24,000 nucleotides of DNA from Bacillus litorisediminis (GTDB lineage Bacteria; Bacillota; Bacilli; Bacillales; JC228): NCBI RefSeq assembly GCF_022808645.1, contig NZ_JAKZKT010000002.1, positions 165,478-189,477 of the forward strand, given 5' to 3'. Below the pieces are notes generated by a model. It saw only the letters and a list, made by a program, of their open reading frames with translations, made no database searches and had not been told where the DNA came from. The position numbers and the translations under genes were made by a program. This document shows, piece after piece, positions 1-7,933 of the stretch. How positions within the stretch are numbered: position 1 is the first letter of the stretch; the number at the start of each line of letters is the position of its first letter.

Positions 1-531
1 TATTTTCAGGGGAAAACAGACCAAATCATTATGAGGATAATGGACATATTCTTTGCTTTCCCTGATATTTTATTGGCATTAACCATTGTCGCTGTATTAG
101 GTCCAAGCTTAACCAATACAATGATTGCGATCGGGATTGTTTTTACTCCGGTTTTTACAAGACTTGTAAGATCAGCCGTGCTTTCCGTAAAGGAGAATGA
201 ATATTTGGCGAGTGCTGTAGCGATCGGAGTTCACCCTGTGAAGATCGTTTTTAAACATATTACCCCCAATATTATGGCACCCTTTATTGTGCAAGTGACA
301 CTTGCTTTATCGGGGGCAATTTTAACAGAAGCGGCTTTAAGCTTTCTGGGCTTAGGGGTGCAGCCTCCAGATCCCTCTTGGGGTGTGATGCTCAGTGAAA
401 GCCGGACGTATATGGAATTTGCGCCATGGACGATTCTGTTTCCGGTTGGAGCCACGGTGTTTACCATATTCTGTTTCAATTTATTGGGTGATAGTTTGCG
501 GGATTTGCTCGATCCGAAGTTGAGGCAGTAG
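1..531 (+). CDS. Peptide ABC transporter permease, OppC/DppC type. The 5' end lies outside the window.
   Basis: Frame 1 is open from base 1 (YFQGKTDQIIMRIMDIFFAFP...), so the listed ATG at 31 is internal. It has the typical BPD_transp_1 C-terminal half (AFPDILLAL, ENEYLASAVAIGVHPVKIVFKHITPN, LGDSLRDLLDPKL). Stop at 529-531. Confidence 0.85.
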   Translation, partial: YFQGKTDQIIMRIMDIFFAFPDILLALTIVAVLGPSLTNTMIAIGIVFTPVFTRLVRSAVLSVKENEYLASAVAIGVHPVKIVFKHITPNIMAPFIVQVTLALSGAILTEAALSFLGLGVQPPDPSWGVMLSESRTYMEFAPWTILFPVGATVFTIFCFNLLGDSLRDLLDPKLRQ

Positions 532-547
532 GTTATTGGGTGGATGT

Positions 548-930
548 GAGTTCGTTTAAATGGAAGCTGGGTTCAGTTAAACGTGAGTGAGTTCATTTAA
601 ATGGAAGCTGGGTTCAGTAAAACGGGAGTGAGTTCGTTTAAATGGAAGCTGAGTTCAGTAAAACGGGAATGAGTTCGTTTAACGGTAGGCTCAGTTTGCT
701 TAAACGGTTACGAGTTCTTTTAAATGAGAGCTGAGTTCGGTTAAACGTGTACTGAGTTCGATAAAATGGCTTTAAGTTCGTTTAAATGGTTTTGAGTTTG
801 ATTAAATCGAGGGTTTGATTAGAAAAAGGCCTCAATTTTATATAAAAGGTTATAAAAAAGTGCAAGTTTCGAAAAACGAGAGCCAAGTTCCTAAAAAACT
901 GCAGCTAAGTTCCGCAAAAAGTTGCAATTG
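548..930. repeat. Degenerate tandem array of about 18 units of 20-21 bp (core GAGTTC-N2-3-TTAAA-YGG), lying between the permease and ATPase genes.
   Basis: Core hexamer starts at 548, 569, 589, 610, 630, 651, 671, 692, 712, 733, 754, 774, 794, 811, then 864, 885, 907. Spacing alternates 21 and 20 bp. Positions 548-670 are three near-identical 41 bp super-repeats. Stops in all frames. Confidence 0.85.
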
Positions 931-953
931 CCATAAATAAGGGGAGAAGAACC

Positions 954-1946
954 TTGAATGCTGTTTTAGAAATAAACGATCTATCCATTGATATAAAAAG
1001 CAAAAGGCAATCGGTGAATGTAATCAAAGATATCAATTTAGCAATCGGGAAAAAAATGAAGTACGGAATTGTGGGTGAGTCTGGGAGCGGGAAGAGTCTT
1101 ACGTCGCTCGCGGTTATGAACCTGCTTCCTGATGCATTGCATATAAAAAAAGGAAGTATCACTTTAAATACGAAGGTGAAAAAAGACCTGACGAAACTCT
1201 CAATCCGAGAGATGCAAAAGGTCAGGGGTAATGAAATATCAATGGTTTTCCAAGAACCGATGACCGCACTCGATCCCTTATTTACGATTGAGCACCAGTT
1301 ACTCGAAGTTCTCCGTTTTCATCGTAAGTATGAGAAACAACAGATGCGAGAGCTGGGGCTTGAAATGATCACAAAAGTAGGCATTGTCCGTCCGAAGGAA
1401 ATTTTCAAAAGCTACCCGCATCAGCTTTCCGGAGGGATGCGGCAGAGGATCATGATTGCATTGGCGTTGATTTGCGAGCCTGCATTATTAATTGCGGACG
1501 AACCGACAACTGCGCTAGATGTCACGATTCAGGCACAAATCCTCGATTTGATGAATCAGCTAACAGAAACTCATGAAACTTCCATAATGATGATTACCCA
1601 TGATTTAGGTGTCATCAATGAAACGTGTGAAAGAGTCGCGGTTATGTATGCGGGGCAAATCGTGGAGGAATCCACCGTTGCAGAATTGTTTAGCCAGCCA
1701 GCACATCCCTATACACAAGGTCTGCTTCAATCTATTCGGTCTTTAAGGGATCGCAAAAGAACACTGTACTCTATTCCCGGGAATGTCCCGATGCCCATTC
1801 AATATCAGCAGCTAGGATGCCGCTTTGTCAGTCGCTGTCCGTTCGCAATGGAACGATGTAAATCGTCAGAGCCTCCGATGTATCAGGTTTCCAAGGGCCA
1901 TACAAGTAAGTGCTGGCTTCATGAAAAGGAGGGTCAAGGGGTATGA
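954..1946 (+). CDS. oppD: Oligopeptide/dipeptide ABC transporter ATP-binding protein, OppD type.
   Basis: TTG start at 954 with AAGGGGAG RBS at 939-946. Walker A GESGSGKS, signature LSGGMRQR, Walker B LLIADEPTTALD, and the C-terminal oligopeptide-type extension (HPYTQGLL...C..RC). The symbol is family-level only (Opp/Dpp/App not distinguished). Confidence 0.9.
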   Translation: MNAVLEINDLSIDIKSKRQSVNVIKDINLAIGKKMKYGIVGESGSGKSLTSLAVMNLLPDALHIKKGSITLNTKVKKDLTKLSIREMQKVRGNEISMVFQEPMTALDPLFTIEHQLLEVLRFHRKYEKQQMRELGLEMITKVGIVRPKEIFKSYPHQLSGGMRQRIMIALALICEPALLIADEPTTALDVTIQAQILDLMNQLTETHETSIMMITHDLGVINETCERVAVMYAGQIVEESTVAELFSQPAHPYTQGLLQSIRSLRDRKRTLYSIPGNVPMPIQYQQLGCRFVSRCPFAMERCKSSEPPMYQVSKGHTSKCWLHEKEGQGV

Positions 1947-2926
1947 GCGAAAATGTTGTGCTCGAAGTGAAACATTTAAAAAAATACTTTCCGATCAAAG
2001 CCGGGATATTATTGAAAACAAAAGGATACCTTAAAGCGGTCGATGATATTAGCTTTGAGGTACGCAAAAAAGAAACCCTTGCTTTAGTAGGAGAAAGCGG
2101 ATGCGGAAAGTCTACGACGGGAAGAACAATCCTGCGTTTATATGATTCAACCGAAGGGGAAGTGATTTTTAAAGGCATCAATATTCTAGATATTTCTAAA
2201 GGTCAATTTCGGAAAATGAGAAGAGACCTGCAAATGATATTTCAAGATCCGTTTAGCTCGTTAAACCCGCGAATGACAGTTAAAGAGCTATTGATCGAAC
2301 CATTGCTGACTCATAAACTGGCAACCCGTAAAGAAGCTGTTGAAATAGCGGGGGAGATGATTGAAAAAGTCGGGTTATCCAGGGATCAGCTAAAACTCTA
2401 TCCCCACGAATTTAGCGGCGGGCAAAGGCAACGGATCAGTATTGCGAGAGCGTTAATTGTTAAACCCGAAGTGGTCATTTTAGATGAAGCTGTATCCGCG
2501 TTGGACGTATCGATCCAGTCGCAAATCTTAAATTTGCTGATTCAGCTTCAGGAAGAATTTGAATTAACGTATATTTTTATTTCTCATGATTTGAATGTGG
2601 TCAAGCATATCAGTGACCGGGTCGGGGTTATGTATTTGGGACAAATGATGGAGCTCGCGGACACAACTGATTTATACGAAAATCCGCTTCATCCGTACAC
2701 AAAAGCCCTCTTATCGGCAATTCCGTCATTAGATATGAAGGAAAAAAGAGAAAGAATCATTTTACAAGGAGATGTACCGGATCCCTCGAATCCTCCCTCT
2801 GGATGTCCGTTCCGATTAAGATGCCCGTATGCATTTGAAAGGTGTGCGAGTGAAAAACCAGCCTTTCAGGAAACTGGTACAAATCATTGGGTCGCTTGCC
2901 ATTTGTATAATGAGACGGAGAATTAA
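1943..2926 (+). CDS. oppF: Oligopeptide/dipeptide ABC transporter ATP-binding protein, OppF type.
   Basis: ATGA overlap with the upstream gene (1943-1946). Walker A GESGCGKST, signature FSGGQRQR, Walker B VILDEAVSALD, C-terminal HPYTKALLSAIP...GCPFRLRCP. The symbol is family-level only. Confidence 0.9.
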   Translation: MSENVVLEVKHLKKYFPIKAGILLKTKGYLKAVDDISFEVRKKETLALVGESGCGKSTTGRTILRLYDSTEGEVIFKGINILDISKGQFRKMRRDLQMIFQDPFSSLNPRMTVKELLIEPLLTHKLATRKEAVEIAGEMIEKVGLSRDQLKLYPHEFSGGQRQRISIARALIVKPEVVILDEAVSALDVSIQSQILNLLIQLQEEFELTYIFISHDLNVVKHISDRVGVMYLGQMMELADTTDLYENPLHPYTKALLSAIPSLDMKEKRERIILQGDVPDPSNPPSGCPFRLRCPYAFERCASEKPAFQETGTNHWVACHLYNETEN

Positions 2927-2961
2927 ATGCCCTAATCCAATCTGGATCAGGGCATTTTTTT
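2927..2961. terminator. Bidirectional intrinsic terminator shared by the convergent opp and thi operons.
   Basis: ATGCCCTAATCC (2927-2938) / loop AATCT / GGATCAGGGCAT (2944-2955), followed by a T-run at 2956-2961. An A-run precedes it on the other strand. Confidence 0.7.
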
Positions 2962-3619
2962 ATATGCCAGCTAAAACAGCTTCCCTTAATAATCTGGCAG
3001 CGGCCTTAGGATCCTCTGCATGGCTGATCGCAGTAATAACCGAAACCCCGTCCGCACCAGCTCGAATAACCGGACTTGCATTACTGGCGGTAATCCCGCC
3101 AATCCCGACAAGAGGGATATCAATACCAGTCTGTCTCAACTCTTTTAGAAAACTTATTCCTTGAGCAGCTTTGGCATCTTCCTTCGTTGTCGTGGGATAA
3201 ATGGGACCAATCCCTAAGTAATCGGCCCCTGCAGCAATAGCCTTTTCAGCCTCCGTCAGGTTATGCGCAGATACCCCGAGAATTTTGTGGCCAATCTTTA
3301 TTCGAACGGCATCAGCCGGCTCATCCTCCTGGCCGATATGAACACCATCAGCATCTATTTCAAGGGCAAGCTCGATATCATCATTGACGATAAAGGGGAT
3401 GTTGTATGATTTACAAATCGTTTGCAGCCTTTGGGCAAGGCGCAGCTTTTCCTCACCTTGAAGGCATCCTTTTCCTTTTTCGCGAAACTGAAAGAGGGTG
3501 ATGCCTCCTTGAATCGCAGCCTCTAGCACAGCTTCAGATGCCTGATAACAATTGGGACTGCCCATGATAAAATACACTCTAAGCAACTCTCTTAAATAAT
3601 CATCCCTAATTCTTTCCAT
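2960..3619 (-). CDS. thiE: Thiamine-phosphate synthase.
   Basis: [20 protein letters not shown]..., [51 protein letters not shown]. The ORF-track start at 3751 is a spurious extension running through thiD. The ATG at 3619 gives a typical ~219 aa protein and a 14 nt overlap with the thiD stop. Confidence 0.9.
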   Translation of the reverse strand: MERIRDDYLRELLRVYFIMGSPNCYQASEAVLEAAIQGGITLFQFREKGKGCLQGEEKLRLAQRLQTICKSYNIPFIVNDDIELALEIDADGVHIGQEDEPADAVRIKIGHKILGVSAHNLTEAEKAIAAGADYLGIGPIYPTTTKEDAKAAQGISFLKELRQTGIDIPLVGIGGITASNASPVIRAGADGVSVITAISHAEDPKAAARLLREAVLAGI

Positions 3620-4433
3620 GAACCAATTCTTCCTTTTTCCGCTTATTAAAAGCCCAGTGGTTAGTTGGACCATGACCGCTGCCAAGCTGAAGATCGTCTT
3701 CGATTGAAGCTTGGATAAATAATTTCGCACGCTCTGATGCTTGTAGAACACTCATGCCGTCAGCAAGTCCTGCTGTAATCGCTGCAGAAAATGTGCAGCC
3801 GGTTCCGTGTGTGTTTTTAGTTGAGACCCTGGGGCTTTTAAGTTCAAAAAATTCTTTTCCATCAAATAAAAGGTCGCTAGCCAAATTTTTATCACCGTCA
3901 TGGCCGCCTTTTAAAAGAACATGCTTCGCACCGAGCTCGTGTAATGCTTGTGCTGCTTCTCTTTTGTCTTGTTCTGTTTTAATGATACGACCCGTCAGGA
4001 CCTCTGCTTCTGGGATATTTGGCGTAATGACTAAAGATAATGGGAGAAGAAATTCCTTCATCGCGGAAATTGCATCATTCAGTAGCAGACGGGCCCCGCC
4101 TTTTGCAATCATAACCGGGTCAATTACGATATTTTTCCAGCGGTTTCGTGCAATTTCAGCTGCTACCATTTCGATAATTTCTGCACTAAAGAGCATCCCC
4201 GTTTTAACCGCATCGGGATGAAGATCATCGGCTACGGATTGAATTTGTTGTTGGACCGCCTCTGCTGTCATTGGATAAACACCCTGAACTCCTAACGTAT
4301 TTTGCGCGGTAACAGCAGTCAGCGCAGACATGCCAAAAACACCGAGCTCCTGAAACGTTTTTAAGTCAGCCTGTATACCTGCACCGCCGCCGCTGTCAGA
4401 GCCTGCAATGGTTAATGCCTTTTTTACGTTCAT
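3606..4433 (-). CDS. thiD: Hydroxymethylpyrimidine / phosphomethylpyrimidine kinase.
   Basis: [61 protein letters not shown] upstream of the ATG at 4433. Confidence 0.9.
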   Translation of the reverse strand: MNVKKALTIAGSDSGGGAGIQADLKTFQELGVFGMSALTAVTAQNTLGVQGVYPMTAEAVQQQIQSVADDLHPDAVKTGMLFSAEIIEMVAAEIARNRWKNIVIDPVMIAKGGARLLLNDAISAMKEFLLPLSLVITPNIPEAEVLTGRIIKTEQDKREAAQALHELGAKHVLLKGGHDGDKNLASDLLFDGKEFFELKSPRVSTKNTHGTGCTFSAAITAGLADGMSVLQASERAKLFIQASIEDDLQLGSGHGPTNHWAFNKRKKEELVHGKN

Positions 4434-4445
4434 GGGAATACCTCC

Positions 4446-5255
4446 TTATTTTATCTTTTCAAATGAAGCGAACTTTTCAATGTCTTGAGCTCCAACTGAA
4501 TGCAGAGCATTTAAAAATTCAATCTGGAACGTGCCGGGACCTTTACCGTCTACTCTTTCGGCTGCGATTTCTGCTGCAACACCGTACACCACTATAGCAG
4601 CAACGGCTGCTTTTATAGGTTCTTTTTCCAAAGCAGCAAATGCGCCTATAACAGAAGTGAGGAGACATCCTGTACCAGTGACTTTCGTTAAATAAGGGTG
4701 ACCATTGTTTACGGTGTAAACTGTTTCACCATCTGTAATCACATCTTGTTTGCCAGTAATCACGATACCGGTGTTCAGATTCATTGCTACTTCTACTCCC
4801 ATTTCAATCGTATTTCCGGGAGTTTCTCCCGCGTCCACCCCTTTAATCTGCCAGGAAAGGCCGCCTGCATTCGCAATTTCTGCTGCATTGCCTCTCATAA
4901 TGGATATCTCAAGCTCCTTTAGTAACTTTTTCGCTGTCTCTGTGCGAAAAGGGGTAGCTCCTGCACCGACTGGGTCAAAAATGATAGGAACACCATGCTC
5001 ATTAGCAGACCGGCCCGCAATCAGCATGCTTTCCACTGCTTCTGCCGTTAAGGTACCTATATTTAAAACCAGGGCACCTGCTATTTTCGCCATATCCGCC
5101 ACTTCCTCATGGGCATAGGCCATCACTGGAGAAGCACCAATAGCAAGGAGCCCATTAGCGGTAAAATTGGTCACAACCACATTTGTAATGTTATGAATGA
5201 GCGGATTGGTTTCTCTTAGCTTTTCTAATAAACTGCTAATCTCTTGAACGTTCAA
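4446..5255 (-). CDS. thiM: Hydroxyethylthiazole kinase.
   Basis: [58 protein letters not shown]. The listed ATG at 5273 contains AGGAGG within its own first codons and has no RBS upstream. The TTG at 5255 sits 8 nt after that AGGAGG, so it is the more likely start. Confidence 0.85.
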   Translation of the reverse strand: MNVQEISSLLEKLRETNPLIHNITNVVVTNFTANGLLAIGASPVMAYAHEEVADMAKIAGALVLNIGTLTAEAVESMLIAGRSANEHGVPIIFDPVGAGATPFRTETAKKLLKELEISIMRGNAAEIANAGGLSWQIKGVDAGETPGNTIEMGVEVAMNLNTGIVITGKQDVITDGETVYTVNNGHPYLTKVTGTGCLLTSVIGAFAALEKEPIKAAVAAIVVYGVAAEIAAERVDGKGPGTFQIEFLNALHSVGAQDIEKFASFEKIK

Positions 5256-5276
5256 ATCTAGATTCCTCCTCATGAA

Positions 5277-6038
5277 TTATTGCATGACAAGACCGCCATC
5301 GACGATCAAATTCTGCCCAGTGACTGCTCTAGCCCATGGCGAAGCAAAAAATACAACCGCATCCGCTACCTCAGCGGGATCTGTGACTTTTCTTATAGGA
5401 GTAGAGTTTTCGATTAATTGAAAAACTTCGTCAGACGTTGCCGAACTTGCATCAGTTACCTTAAGTAATCCACCTGAAACCATATTGACTGTTATCCCAT
5501 ATTGACCTAATTCATTGGCCATATTTCTGGTGAAGCCAACGAGTGCCGCTTTACTTGTAGTGTAATCATGATAAGGAACGACCGGATGCTGGAATAAATT
5601 GGTGCCAATTGAAATCACACGCCCGAATCCTAGTGCTTTCATATCATTCAATCCTGCCTGAAGGGTATTCAACGCCCCGCGGATTGCTCCTTCAAGCTGC
5701 CCTTGATAATCTTCCCAGCCAATGGAAAAGGCATCTTTCTTGGAGACAGGATCAAATCGAAAATTCACTAATGCATTATTAACAATCGTTGTAACAGGGA
5801 AGCCAAAGTATTTATGAGCCTCTTTAAAAAGGTTCCGCACCTGGATTGGATCACGGACATCAGCACGGATTGCAACCGCACTCTCGCCAATCTCTCTTTT
5901 TAATTCATATGCTTTTTCTTCACTGCCAAAATAGTTAATAACTACACGAGAACCTTCTCGAGCAAATGCCTGAACAGTCTCACGCCCTAAACCTCTGCTT
6001 CCTCCTGTAACTAATACAACTTGGTCTTGCAGTCTCAT
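5277..6038 (-). CDS. Short-chain dehydrogenase/reductase, FabG-like (3-oxoacyl-ACP reductase family). First gene of the operon controlled by the TPP riboswitch.
   Basis: VVLVTGGSRGLG Rossmann motif, NNA, YxxxK (YTTSKAAL), C-terminal TGQNLIVDGG. The ATG at 6038 has a GAGGAGG RBS. The ORF-track start at 6164 would run through the riboswitch terminator. Confidence 0.85.
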   Translation of the reverse strand: MRLQDQVVLVTGGSRGLGRETVQAFAREGSRVVINYFGSEEKAYELKREIGESAVAIRADVRDPIQVRNLFKEAHKYFGFPVTTIVNNALVNFRFDPVSKKDAFSIGWEDYQGQLEGAIRGALNTLQAGLNDMKALGFGRVISIGTNLFQHPVVPYHDYTTSKAALVGFTRNMANELGQYGITVNMVSGGLLKVTDASSATSDEVFQLIENSTPIRKVTDPAEVADAVVFFASPWARAVTGQNLIVDGGLVMQ

Positions 6039-6095
6039 ATGTAAATCCTCCTCATAGATGTCATCAACCGAGCCTCGAATAGGGGAGCTCCGGAC

Positions 6096-6124
6096 AAAAA
6101 AAACCAGATCCATGTCGGACCTGG
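6096..6124 (-). terminator. Intrinsic terminator forming the expression platform of the TPP riboswitch.
   Basis: Minus strand reads CCAGGUCC-GACAU-GGAUCUGG followed by U8 (plus-strand A-run 6096-6103). It lies between the aptamer and the SDR start. Confidence 0.7.
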
Positions 6125-6164
6125 CAGAAAGGTATATGTATGCAAAAGAAAAAACACTGCACAA

Positions 6165-6265
6165 ACACTACTTTCCTACGCTGGTATAACCCAGATCAGG
6201 TCCGAAGGGTAAAAAACAGATCGGTTTTCTTCTCAGCCCGCGCATCGGGCACCCCTAGTAGCCAA
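6165..6265 (-). promoter_or_regulatory. TPP (THI-box) riboswitch aptamer.
   Basis: Minus strand: CUACUAGGGGUGCCCGAUGCGCGGGCUGAGAAGAAAACC...ACCCUUCGGACCUGAUCUGGGUUAUACCAGCGUAGGAAAGUAG. It contains the conserved CUGAGA and ACCUGAUCUGGnUnAUACCAGCG elements and a closing P1 helix CUACU/AGUAG. Confidence 0.9.
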
Positions 6266-6287
6266 AGCTATTCAGTTGCTTACTCTT

Positions 6288-6316
6288 ATTTTAGCGGGAA
6301 ATGCTGCTCCTGTCAC
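6288..6316 (-). promoter_or_regulatory. Sigma-A-type promoter for the riboswitch-thi operon.
   Basis: Minus strand: -35 GTGACA (6316-6311), 17 bp spacer, -10 TAAAAT (6293-6288). It sits about 25 nt upstream of the aptamer. Confidence 0.5.
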
Positions 6317-6367
6317 CTCTCGGGTTTTCTAGTTTGGTTGCGAAATGTTGCAAGGTTGAGCACAAAG

Positions 6368-6398
6368 ATAGCCTTATCTCCTTAGAGACAAGGCTATT
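6368..6398 (-). terminator. Probable terminator of the VOC gene.
   Basis: Inverted repeat ATAGCCTTATCT / AGACAAGGCTAT with a short loop, just downstream of the stop at 6425. The U-tract is weak. Confidence 0.4.
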
Positions 6399-6424
6399 AT
6401 TTATAAATTCAGATGATAAATTTT

Positions 6425-6796
6425 TTACTTCACAACCCCAAAACGATTCCCATCTGGATCAAAAAGACTAAAGCCTCTAATCCCATCATACTCATGAATT
6501 TCACTCACATTTGCCCCTTTGTTTAAAAAGTTTTGATATGACTTTTCTACATCATTTGTATGAAAGTTAAAATAATGATCTACATCATAATTGTTTTTTG
6601 GGAAAGTCGGCTGGGTAATATCTGTTGATTTTACTAAACAAAATAAAACAGTTCCGTCTCCCATTTTCAATACATTTGCTTCTGGTTCATCCTTATGCAG
6701 AATTTCAAATCCAAACATGTTTTGATACCACTTGGTTGAAGTATCTAAATCGCTAACTGGAATAAAAATTCCTACTCCAAATATATCTTTACTCAT
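6425..6796 (-). CDS. VOC (glyoxalase / bleomycin-resistance / dioxygenase) family protein.
   Basis: 123 aa, with a family-typical N-terminus (GIFIPVSDLDTSTKWYQNMFGFE) and C-terminus (FSLFDPDGNRFGVV). Confidence 0.8.
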   Translation of the reverse strand: MSKDIFGVGIFIPVSDLDTSTKWYQNMFGFEILHKDEPEANVLKMGDGTVLFCLVKSTDITQPTFPKNNYDVDHYFNFHTNDVEKSYQNFLNKGANVSEIHEYDGIRGFSLFDPDGNRFGVVK

Positions 6797-6868
6797 ATGA
6801 TTTCCACTCCTATTTTAACATTGCTACAGCCTCTTTTTTTTTATTGCAGACACCCAAAGAAATCCATT

Positions 6869-6879
6869 ATTATATACCA
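6869..6879 (-). promoter_or_regulatory. Possible extended -10 promoter for the VOC gene.
   Basis: Minus strand reads TGGTATATAAT about 70 nt upstream of the ATG at 6796. The -35 is weak. Confidence 0.35.
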
Positions 6880-7015
6880 TTGTATTATTCTTCTAAGTCT
6901 TTACGGGTATAAAGACACCCAATCATTCATTCATACTCAAAAACCTCCTTTTTTTGTTTCCATAACAAGTAACGAGGTTTTTATTAGATTTCTTACATGT
7001 ATATCAAAATTTTAT

Positions 7016-7747
7016 TTAAGCAGATATCGTAATAATATTTCCGTCTGGATCTTGTATTTGAAAACAGAGGGTATAGCCATTTTGTTTTATTCTTTTTAAA
7101 ATGACCTGATGAGCAACTAGAGATAGATACCCTTCAAAAATAGCTCTTGGGTTTCTTTCGCGAAATGCTGCCAAAAAGTCTTCAAACAAAGTGGGATTTA
7201 TAGGATTTGTATTTATGGGCTGTCCATGATTTTTTTCATCGGTGATTAGCTGAGAAACTTTTGAATAATAGCTGAGCGTCTGCCGGGCTCGATGCAAGGT
7301 GGTGTGGATATTGGATTCTGTTTCATTCAATAAGGTTGCCGTTTCTTTGGCTGTAAATTCAAATACATCGATTAACAAAACAATGACAAATTGTTTAATA
7401 GACAGATAGTCTGCCAATTGCTCTAGAGATTCTCTCAAATCAATATTGCAATTCTTATTCCCAATTTCTCCACTAATAGTATGTATATCTATCATATCTG
7501 CTTTTTTTCTTCGTTGCTGATCAATCCACAAATGTTTGGCTGTTAGGTAAATATATCGTTTAGTTAGTACCATGTCTGGCCGTTTCTTTAAAGTTAGGTA
7601 AATCTTCATAAGGGTTTCCTGAAATAAATCTTCACCGTCCCATTTAGTGGAAGCGATAGTGTAACAATACTTTTCGATATCACGGTAAAATCGGGCGATT
7701 CTCATTTCAAAGATGGACTTTTCATCAGACTCTCTCAAATACCTCAT
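7016..7747 (-). CDS. ECF-type sigma-70 family factor with a ~85 aa C-terminal extension.
   Basis: Region 2 (DLFQETLMKIY ... AKHLWIDQQRRKK) and region 4 HTH (FTAKETATLLNETESNIHTTLHRARQTL), followed by an extra domain ending CFQIQDPDGNIITISA. RBS AAAGGAG upstream of the ATG at 7747. Confidence 0.8.
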   Translation of the reverse strand: MRYLRESDEKSIFEMRIARFYRDIEKYCYTIASTKWDGEDLFQETLMKIYLTLKKRPDMVLTKRYIYLTAKHLWIDQQRRKKADMIDIHTISGEIGNKNCNIDLRESLEQLADYLSIKQFVIVLLIDVFEFTAKETATLLNETESNIHTTLHRARQTLSYYSKVSQLITDEKNHGQPINTNPINPTLFEDFLAAFRERNPRAIFEGYLSLVAHQVILKRIKQNGYTLCFQIQDPDGNIITISA

Positions 7748-7933
7748 TACAAACTCCTTTTTTTACATTATTGTGTCATAGGGAAGCGAGACTGTCACCA
7801 CTTTATAATGACACGCAGGGCAAGACTTTCTAGGTGATGAAATAGATTTTAAAAGGGATAACCGAATGCCCTTATCCAAAAGGAGACAAGCTGCATATAA
7901 GTATAGTAATAGAATCCAATAAATCGATAGGGG

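Noticed and set aside
231-479. Antisense or overlapping ORFs inside well-supported genes. Examples: 231..479 -, 905..1162 -, 1825..2034 +, 1828..2181 -, 2829..3164 +, 3754..4221 +, 4415..4597 +, 4698..4922 +, 4750..5118 +, 9179..9454 -, 10261..10485 -, 11143..11385 +, 11373..11573 +, 11407..11667 +, 14793..15008 -, 15129..15488 -, 16309..16626 -, 17517..17753 -, 18586..18849 -, 18907..19188 -, 19452..19655 -, 21974..22177 -, 22208..22396 -.
   Set aside because: Each lies on the opposite strand or in an alternate frame of a gene with clear family motifs. They have no RBS and low-complexity or implausible composition. They are shadow ORFs.
548-930. CRISPR array or coding repeat as an explanation for the oppC-oppD repeat array.
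   Set aside because: The units are contiguous, with no unique spacers, and the unit length (20-21 bp) is too short. There are no cas genes. Stop codons occur in all six frames.
3620-3751. N-terminal extensions in the ORF track: thiE (to 3751), the SDR (to 6164), thiM (to 5273), the methyltransferase (to 11907), csoR (8475) and yitT (23119).
   Set aside because: The extensions run through upstream genes, the riboswitch terminator or promoter DNA, and they lack an RBS. Internal starts with AGGAGG-type RBSs give family-typical lengths.
6140-6385. ORF 6140..6385 + (81 aa).
   Set aside because: It lies exactly antisense to the TPP riboswitch, its terminator and its promoter. The RNA element explains the conservation-like appearance.
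6797-7099. ORF 6797..7099 + (100 aa).
   Set aside because: It sits in an AT-rich intergenic region and overlaps the 3' end of the sigma gene. It has no RBS and its composition is that of translated T-rich non-coding DNA.
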